Source: Geosiphon pyriformis uo1 (lineage: Eukaryota > Fungi > Glomeromycota). From it: DNA of 6,796 nucleotides. Positions 1-6,796 of this stretch are shown here, piece by piece. Within the stretch, counting starts at the first letter, position 1. Each line of letters begins with the position of its first letter. The stretch spans positions 1 to 6,796 of the forward strand of contig JAAOMT010000336.1 in assembly GCA_016748015.1 (NCBI GenBank), in the 5' to 3' direction. The translations under genes were made by a program, and so were the position numbers. The notes under the pieces are model-generated. The model saw only the letters and a program-made list of their open reading frames with translations. It was not told the DNA's origin and ran no database searches.

Positions 1-1138
1 GTTTAGATTTGGTAGATCTCAGTAGCAAGTTACTCAGTGTCAGCGGTAGCAAGCCCCCCATTCACAAGTACTCCTCTATGCCCCCCTCGGATCCTGGTAT
101 ACGCTACTGAGCACTCCCGAATATCAACACCAATAAGTTACTGGTGGTTTTTAGGTATGGTACTTATTGGGTACGGTAATCATGATCAGGGTTATCGTTG
201 GGAGGCTATACCATCTCTCCCTGGGGCCTATACTTTGAGTACATAGTGTAAATCATAGGGACTCCTGGAGGGATAGCTGATAAAGGGAAAAACAGGTATA
301 GGGTAGGGATAGTTTAGTAGTAGTAAGTCTGGGTGGATGTATTGGATATATTGAGGGCACCAGTATAGGGAGATATTCATGACCAATTTGGGGATTGTTG
401 GGATTTGGTTAGTAGAGGTTAGGGATTTTTATTACTGGTATCAACAGGCTTACCAAAGCATACTCAAATAAGGTAGAGGGAGGGTTGGGTGTGGCCCCAA
501 AGTTCTAGTACTACTTTGCATACAGGGGCGGACCCTTTAGGTATCGATCCCAAAATACAATGGCTTTGAGCCTTAGATTCTTGGGGTCCTCTGGCAGTAT
601 GGTAAAGCACTTTTGGATATTTGATTGAGTCCTTGATGGATTTAAGTCAGTTTGGGTTGGATAGAGCCCTATACTGCTTAAGATAGTACCCTTATAGGAC
701 CCATATAAAGGGTCGTCCCCCAATTGTTAGTAGCTTACCTATCGGATCCGGAGTATGAGTATCTATCTAGGGATCTATTGGTTACCATCCTTTGGATTTA
801 GTGTACCGCCATACCCAACTAGGATCAAATACAGGACCGATTGAGAGTCTAATCAGTAACCTTTTGGCTTCAGGAGTTGTGGTTTGGTTTGTACTCATGA
901 GTTCCTTTAACTGTCTTTTTGGTAGGGTATACAAAGCGGTGCCATATGGTTGCAATCTATATACCTGTAGGTTTGACTGGGTTTACTACTTATATCCACC
1001 CTTAAGGGAGTATCATTTGGACTGGACACATGATCAAGTATTACCTTTGTAGCCTCACCAGAAATGGAGCTTTACTTACTGTAGGATCCTTTGTAACACT
1101 TGTGCTGCTTTTAAGCCTTAGCTCCCTACCCCCCCCCC
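1..1138 (+). repeat. Terminal direct repeat, copy 1 (1138 nt)
   Basis: gtttagatttggtagatc at 1 recurs at 5659. ORFs 37..246, 511..723 and 792..1052 recur with identical translations at +5658 (5695, 6169, 6450). No differences seen by eye. Confidence 0.98.
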
Positions 1139-1956
1139 CTGTTTATAAGGGAACTCTGGGTGGTTGTGGGGACTGGAGGCCCCCAAGTATAGGGATACAA
1201 ATTATCCTATCCGACTAATGACTCCCCTAAAATAGCATATTTGTGCGTGAGGACCACAATAGCTTGGACCCTGGTACACAGCAGACTTATGTATTTGGAG
1301 GGACTTTTGACTTGGCTATGGCTTTGAAGCTTTACCCCCCCCCCACCCCCCCTGTTTGTACTCCTGTAGAACCCCCCCCTTTCCCTGCCGGGGGATAACA
1401 GGATAACTCGTTTGATACCCATTGTTGTATCACACGTAGGTGTTCATACCCTAAGCTATGATTGGGATCTGGATACCCCCTAAGGGAGGTCCTGGGGATG
1501 GGGTAGTAATACGGGAAAGTTTTGTGGGATACGGGTTCATAGTGTTGTTTGAGTAGAGTTGATTTTGTTTACCTCCTCTACATAGGTGTGATCCAGGTCT
1601 ACCAAGTATCAGTGATCTTAGAAGTTGGGGTGGATAGATAAGGTTTGTTGGTAGCCCTTATTTGACTACTTGATTTTACTCCTGGGTTAATAAACAACGG
1701 ATGCAAACTGGATATGGAGCGGTATTTTGCTTAGGGCCTTGGCTTTGTTACCCAGCCCCTTTTAGTACCCGGTCCCTTTGTACATCAACATTATTTGTTT
1801 GTTTGTTTTTTTGTTGATCCATTACAGGGAATTTGGGGACTTGGTAGTTGGTCCCAAGTAAGGGTCCCAGGTGGTAGTATATGGTATTCCACTACAAATG
1901 GGATCAGTATATGGTATGGGTACTTTGAGTACTTATAGTGTTTGTTTATTGTCCAT
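253..1956 (-). CDS. Candidate coding segment starting MDNKQTL just downstream of the control region; requires stop reassignment (hypothetical)
   Basis: ATG at 1956-1954 lies beside the hairpin region. The same frame contains track ORFs 1207..1422 and 511..723. It reads HwYLVDLDHTYVEEVNKI across the TGA at 1611-1609. The other two minus frames also give plausible-looking peptides, so support is weak. Confidence 0.22.
735..755. repeat. Dispersed 21-nt block, copy A (TTACCTATCGGATCCGGAGTA; redundant copy at 6393-6413)
   Basis: 19/21 identical to 3387-3407; contains two CpGs in a CpG-poor sequence. Confidence 0.85.
1129..1379. repeat. Poly-C cluster (C11 1129-1139; C10-A-C7 1335-1352; C8 1372-1379) with duplicated CCCCCCCTGTTTRTA (1133-1147, 1346-1360)
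   Basis: Directly visible. These are G-runs on the minus strand with G-quadruplex potential. Confidence 0.8.
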
Positions 1957-1967
1957 ACCTTTATTGC

Positions 1968-2110
1968 GATTTACCCATTCTATCAAATACAATACACGGA
2001 CCAATACCTACCATACCCACCATCCCCCCCACCCGTTGGGGGGGGAGTTGGTACTCCCCCCCGGGGGGGGGTAAATAGGGGCCGTAGGATTTACCATTAC
2101 TCTACCCATT
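1968..2110. promoter_or_regulatory. Putative origin/control region: C7-G8-C7-G9 alternative hairpins flanked by ATTTACC-type repeats
   Basis: CCCCCCCA-cccgt-TGGGGGGG (2024-2044). GGGGGGGAGT-tggt-ACTCCCCCCC, 10-bp stem (2039-2062). C7/G9 at 2056-2071. GATTTACCCATT 1968-1979, GATTTACCATT 2088-2098, TACCCATT 2103-2110, inverted GGGTAAAT 2069-2076. Plus strand turns A/C-rich at 1981-2035. Function is inferred. Confidence 0.55.
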
Positions 2111-2343
2111 TTTATTACTACCTTACTCTTGACCTCCCGGTACGGATGGGTGCCATGGCCATAAAAACCACAGGTATAGTACTTAATACTGATGTACGAT
2201 TCTCATGTCAAATGCAAGGACATATTGAGTTACACGTTGGTTTTTGCTGGTGCCATGAGGATACCCTGTTTTATTCTGGGTCGCGAGGCTGCGTTGGGCT
2301 TGGCTGGGGGGAGGTATGAAATTGGTCCTTTGGTGGATGGTTA

Positions 2344-3924
2344 TCAGCAGTAATAGCTAGGGGAGTACTATGACTTATTGATTAGATGGATATGGGATCC
2401 ATGAGGGGGAGGTACTCTCAAGGCAGCATAGGAGCGCAGGGCCACAGGTCTATTTTAGGTCATATATGTGGGTGATGGTATTGGTAGGATCGCTGTAAAT
2501 CTGGTACCTGATAACAAAGTCCCTTTTGTTGGGATTTCTCTACACCAACTACAATTGGTATGGATGTCGTGCAGAGGAGTAGAAAATACAACTCCATATA
2601 TATAGAACTGAATAAGCAATGGGTCTCATAGGGCTTCTTCTGGATTATGGACGCTGTCTAAGGTGGTATCAAATTAAGCCCTGTATGTATGTGGTAGCCT
2701 CATAATGAGCTCCATTTTGTTGTGGGGACCATCTATTAGCCTAAGGATAGGAATATGGAGTAAATCGGGATTGGCTGCCAAGGGCTCTCATAAGTCCCAT
2801 AGGGGTTTGGTGGATTTAGGTTTAGAGTAAGGGTTGGTATGGATCCCCATTACTTGTGGTGGATGTGATTTGTAGTGCTTGATAAAATCCTCATTGGTTA
2901 GTACTTTATTTTAGGTAGATAGATAGGGTATAGCTGCGGGCTATCAACTCTTTATACCTTTGACCCCTTTCTCGCGTAGGGAATAGAGTAGGGATTCGAC
3001 CTCCTGTAGTCATGAGTATATTAGTAAGCTTTTAGTAGGGATTCTTCCCCCCCCCCACCCCTGTGGTGGATTGGACAGTGGTACCTTATACCGGTCCTCA
3101 TCATATTGGTACTTTGTGGGGATCGTGGATAAAATGTGGCTGTGAGAGCAGAACCGAGGTCCTTGTACCCATATATGCCTGAGTAGGATCCTACATAGTT
3201 GGTACATATCTGGGGTATTGGGCTTTGAACACAGTCCCTTTATCCAATACCAGTGCTAGTGATAGGGACCCCTACTTGATTGTGAGGTTCGGTTGGGGTT
3301 GCAACCATTGGTTGTGTGGGTCCTGGTATAGGATAGTAGACAATGGCCCCATGACCAAGTCTACCAAGGCCTTGCTTTAAGTAGTTTTACCTATCGGACC
3401 CGGACTACCATTAGATCCCTGTAGGTACCGATAGTAATCCTATTATTAGCCTTTGAGATACTGAGGCTATAGGTACCTGGTGGATACAGTGTTAACTTCA
3501 TAGTCTTAGTAGTTGGTACCTGTCGGGATAGTACATTCGTCTAGAGTCTAGTACCCCTACTGACAAGTCCCACAAGGCTACTACGAATCCCTCTAATGGG
3601 TTATTTGGGTACCATTAGTGTAATTTTGGGACGATTCATGGCCTAGGATATCTGTTTTTTCCAATTGCGGACTTTTGGCTTTGTCCTTGGTGGATTTTAG
3701 GGTATTTGGTTGTTTTTTGTCTTACTGTGGCCTGGCTGGGTTTTTGTAGGGAGATCCCGTAGTTGCTTATTACTTTGGGGAAGGTCGATTTTTAGCTCCC
3801 ATATTGTACGTTAGCCCTTTCCGATCCCCGGACATTTAGGAGCCTGGTAAATAGAGATAGTTAGTTTTTGTTTAGGCCCCTTTTAGGAGTGAATTGGTAG
3901 TGCATATGCAATTTGTTAGTTGGA
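2344..3924 (-). CDS. Candidate coding segment readable only with reassigned stop codons (hypothetical protein; boundaries uncertain)
   Basis: Same frame as track ORF 3010..3207. TGA-free for 304 codons (3924-3013). Reading on with TGA=w gives LIYSwLQEVESLLYSLREKGVKGIKSw, VLTNEDFIKHYK, LWDLwEPLAANPDLLHIPILRLIDG and EEALwDPLLIQFYIYG. My manual count of GAN (Asp/Glu) codons over 3060-2521 is about 17 in this frame versus about 8 and 4 in the other two. No homology established. Confidence 0.3.
3047..3064. repeat. C10-A-C4-TGT tract, same layout as 1335-1355
   Basis: Directly visible. Confidence 0.75.
3387..3407. repeat. Dispersed 21-nt block, copy B (TTACCTATCGGACCCGGACTA)
   Basis: 19/21 identical to 735-755; offset 2652 nt, a multiple of 3. 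Confidence 0.85.
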
Positions 3925-3982
3925 TCAATGAGGACCATTATAAGTCCTTATAGACCCAATCTGGTTTATACACAAACTGACC

Positions 3983-4022
3983 ACCCCCCCCCCCGCGACC
4001 AGGTCCCTAAGGGAGGGGGGGT
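3983..4022. other. GC-rich stem-loop: A-C11 pairing with GGGA-G7-T, 16-nt loop
   Basis: 3983-3990 pair with 4015-4022, then a C/A mismatch, then 3992-3994 pair with 4011-4013. Sits at the left edge of the weak-skew segment. Confidence 0.5.
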
Positions 4023-5658
4023 AACAGCGATACTCAATGTTATTGGGTATGGAGCCAGAAGAGGCCAACACTAGGTAATCCTCATGTATTTTGGGTAATC
4101 ATCAAGGCCCTATCACATATGCTTTGGGTTTGTGTAGTCAATTTGATCCTGACTTACCCCCCTATTACCCTCCCTCGATTCCCCATAGCTGAGTCCCACA
4201 TAGCTGGGACCCTTTGGTGACGATAGATTTTGGTACCTAGTGATGATGATGATTGGTTACTTTACCCTGCCACATACAGATCCTACAGTTACTACCTCAT
4301 ACATATCCAAGTCCATGCACCAATTAAACTCCTGTTACAGGTGGGGACTCGATTGGACCTTGTACAGTACTTTATGGCAAAGGTAGTCAGGATGGCCCTC
4401 AACACCTGAGGATACGCTTTTGGCTACCACACATTACTGTCACATATAGCCATAGCTTAAACCAAATGGGGTATCATGGCCCTTTGTACCAGTACTTATC
4501 ATGAACAGGTGGTATTCGGGTATTGACATTTGAGGGGGAATAGCAAAGTCAACACAACTCCCATAGCCCCTGTCCCCCGTTGGGTATCACGGATAAGCGC
4601 CCTATTCCTGATATATTTACAGCTTCAAATCACAAGTCGCGTAGTTGGTGTTATAGAGGAGTTGTGTAGGGTACCATACAGAGGCTGGTAATCAAGATCT
4701 CCCATGTACAATAAAGAGTATCAAAGGGATATGGATCTAATGGGGGATCCTATCTGAGGTAAGAGATAGTCTTCCTACAAACTCCTTTTGTTGGGTACTC
4801 ATAGGGGGTTCTTGAGTACTAGTCTTCCTATTATACAGTCTGATGTGCATATACTCCTATCCCTCCGCTATGGGCCTTTGGTATGGAGTGGGATTGGAAG
4901 TGCCATGAGGAGGGCTCTGTACAAACCAGGTCTCGTCCGATTGGGATTGTGGAGCGCTGGCCTTAGATTCTTAGAACCCCACTAATAGGATCCACTAGGG
5001 GACGGATAGGACTTTGAATGGGTACTTTGGTGTGGAATTTTGATAGTTGGACAGTATATGATTGTGGATTACAAGACCGTACCATTTTCTGGATAGGTTA
5101 CTATAACTGGTATTGGTAAGGAGCTTGGGGTCTGGGGGTTTATGGACGGACCAATGGGTAGTATTTGTGACCAGTTGTAGTAATGGGATTGGGTATGGAC
5201 TTTTGTCATAACTCTTGCTATACACTGTAAACTTTCTTATAGGATCAACAATTAGTTGGCAGATGGCCCAAGTCAGATACCTTTACTACATTGCCCATGG
5301 ATGGTAGATTGCTGGATTTTCTGGATTCAGGACCCCTTAAGTGCCCCCACAGTAATGGTTGGATTGTGGAGGGTACATTTGACCCATATGGTTGGTTTAT
5401 TTGCAGCCTCATTAACAAAGCCAGTTTGTTTGTATGGTATTAATTGGGGGGATAGTCGATTCCTAGATAGTATACCTAGATGTAGTTAGTCTATCGTGTG
5501 GTAAGTATTACAGTAGGATTTGGATATTGTACTGGGCGTATAACAGGATAGTGCTTGATTTGTTGGGTTTATGGAGAGCTTATTGGGTAGAGTAATTGGC
5601 CCAGAAGGCTAGATCCCCCTGAGCAAGAATCTTACAGGATTAACAGGGCTTTCTTACT

Positions 5659-6796
5659 GTTTAGATTTGGTAGATCTCAGTAGCAAGTTACTCAGTGTCA
5701 GCGGTAGCAAGCCCCCCATTCACAAGTACTCCTCTATGCCCCCCTCGGATCCTGGTATACGCTACTGAGCACTCCCGAATATCAACACCAATAAGTTACT
5801 GGTGGTTTTTAGGTATGGTACTTATTGGGTACGGTAATCATGATCAGGGTTATCGTTGGGAGGCTATACCATCTCTCCCTGGGGCCTATACTTTGAGTAC
5901 ATAGTGTAAATCATAGGGACTCCTGGAGGGATAGCTGATAAAGGGAAAAACAGGTATAGGGTAGGGATAGTTTAGTAGTAGTAAGTCTGGGTGGATGTAT
6001 TGGATATATTGAGGGCACCAGTATAGGGAGATATTCATGACCAATTTGGGGATTGTTGGGATTTGGTTAGTAGAGGTTAGGGATTTTTATTACTGGTATC
6101 AACAGGCTTACCAAAGCATACTCAAATAAGGTAGAGGGAGGGTTGGGTGTGGCCCCAAAGTTCTAGTACTACTTTGCATACAGGGGCGGACCCTTTAGGT
6201 ATCGATCCCAAAATACAATGGCTTTGAGCCTTAGATTCTTGGGGTCCTCTGGCAGTATGGTAAAGCACTTTTGGATATTTGATTGAGTCCTTGATGGATT
6301 TAAGTCAGTTTGGGTTGGATAGAGCCCTATACTGCTTAAGATAGTACCCTTATAGGACCCATATAAAGGGTCGTCCCCCAATTGTTAGTAGCTTACCTAT
6401 CGGATCCGGAGTATGAGTATCTATCTAGGGATCTATTGGTTACCATCCTTTGGATTTAGTGTACCGCCATACCCAACTAGGATCAAATACAGGACCGATT
6501 GAGAGTCTAATCAGTAACCTTTTGGCTTCAGGAGTTGTGGTTTGGTTTGTACTCATGAGTTCCTTTAACTGTCTTTTTGGTAGGGTATACAAAGCGGTGC
6601 CATATGGTTGCAATCTATATACCTGTAGGTTTGACTGGGTTTACTACTTATATCCACCCTTAAGGGAGTATCATTTGGACTGGACACATGATCAAGTATT
6701 ACCTTTGTAGCCTCACCAGAAATGGAGCTTTACTTACTGTAGGATCCTTTGTAACACTTGTGCTGCTTTTAAGCCTTAGCTCCCTACCCCCCCCCC
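5659..6796 (+). repeat. Terminal direct repeat, copy 2; the window ends inside the C-run equivalent to 1129-1139
   Basis: Matches 1-1138 and stops after 10 of the 11 C's of the homopolymer, as expected for an assembly break. Confidence 0.98.

Larger units (their letters stand above)
1..5658. mobile_element. Unit-length 5658-nt putative circular replicon (virus-, plasmid- or minicircle-like; DNA vs RNA unknown), unclassified
   Basis: Long terminal redundancy with no host flanks, unit length divisible by 3, a single skew-reversed hairpin region, and no recognisable hallmark gene. Circularity is inferred from the repeat, not observed. Confidence 0.7.

Noticed and set aside
712-720. GDD in ORF 511..723
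   Set aside because: No motif A or B at suitable distances; a tripeptide alone is not evidence.
1036-1044. AAGTATTAC circovirus-type nonanucleotide (second copy at 5503-5511)
   Set aside because: Neither copy is flanked by an inverted-repeat stem, and no ordered Rep motif set was found.
2541-2552. GTAGTTGGTGTA (minus), resembling kinetoplast CSB3 GGGGTTGGTGTA
   Set aside because: Two mismatches in a normally near-invariant 12-mer, and no CSB1/CSB2 recognised.
3070-3105. Hammerhead-like TGATGAGGAC on the minus strand
   Set aside because: Lacks the C of CUGAUGA and the GAAA. I found no CUGANGA core on either strand; divergent ribozymes would need an Infernal search.
3380-3409. Walker A-like GSPGPIGKTT on the minus strand
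   Set aside because: Spacing is Gx5GKT, and it overlaps the duplicated 21-mer whose other copy reads TPDPIGKLL.
231-4972. Scattered 11-13-nt repeats (TACTTTGAGTAC 231/1921; GCCTTAGATTCTT 570/4960; TAGTCTTCCTA 4767/4820)
   Set aside because: Within chance expectation for 5.7 kb of biased sequence; no regular spacing, so not a CRISPR array.
37-5489. Standard-code ORFs from the supplied track (62-125 aa)
   Set aside because: Short, often with non-ATG starts, no recognisable domains, and of lengths expected by chance; not called as genes.
1-5658. Viroid- or Obelisk-like rod fold; RIP-mutated fungal repeat
   Set aside because: Strong strand skew and no long complementary arms seen argue against a rod. 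Moderate GC, plentiful CA/TG and identical repeat copies argue against classic RIP.
5630-5745. Integrase Zn-finger-like GGHRG-x-CxxC on the minus strand
   Set aside because: No first His, no conserved WP and no downstream DDE core; likely chance.
1-6796. LTR retrotransposon with 1138-nt LTRs (TG at 5658-5659)
   Set aside because: No CA end, primer-binding site or polypurine tract at the expected boundaries, no gag/protease/RT YxDD motifs seen, and the repeat ends mid-homopolymer. Disfavoured but not formally excluded.

Overview
The window is one 5658-nt unit plus a 1138-nt terminal redundancy: 1-1138 recurs at 5659-6796, and the ORF track repeats at exactly +5658. It most likely represents a small circular replicon, or a concatemer, assembled beyond unit length. 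Under the standard code it has no credible gene (longest ORF 125 aa) and I recognise no Rep, capsid, RT or complete RdRp motif set. The sequence is nevertheless clearly non-random. It shows strong strand skew (plus G/T-rich, minus A/C-rich), scarce CpG, abundant TpA and strongly over-represented palindromic hexamers. It also has a skew-reversed control-like region with interchangeable C/G hairpins (about 1968-2110), a second GC hairpin (3983-4022), a 21-nt block duplicated roughly half a circle apart, and recurring C10-11 tracts. My leading but unproven hypothesis is a eukaryotic (protist-hosted) circular element whose minus strand is read in a code with reassigned stops (TAA/TAG sense, possibly TGA=Trp). 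Because 5658 = 3 x 1886, such a code would allow one frame to run around the whole circle. A non-coding minicircle or a decayed element is not excluded.
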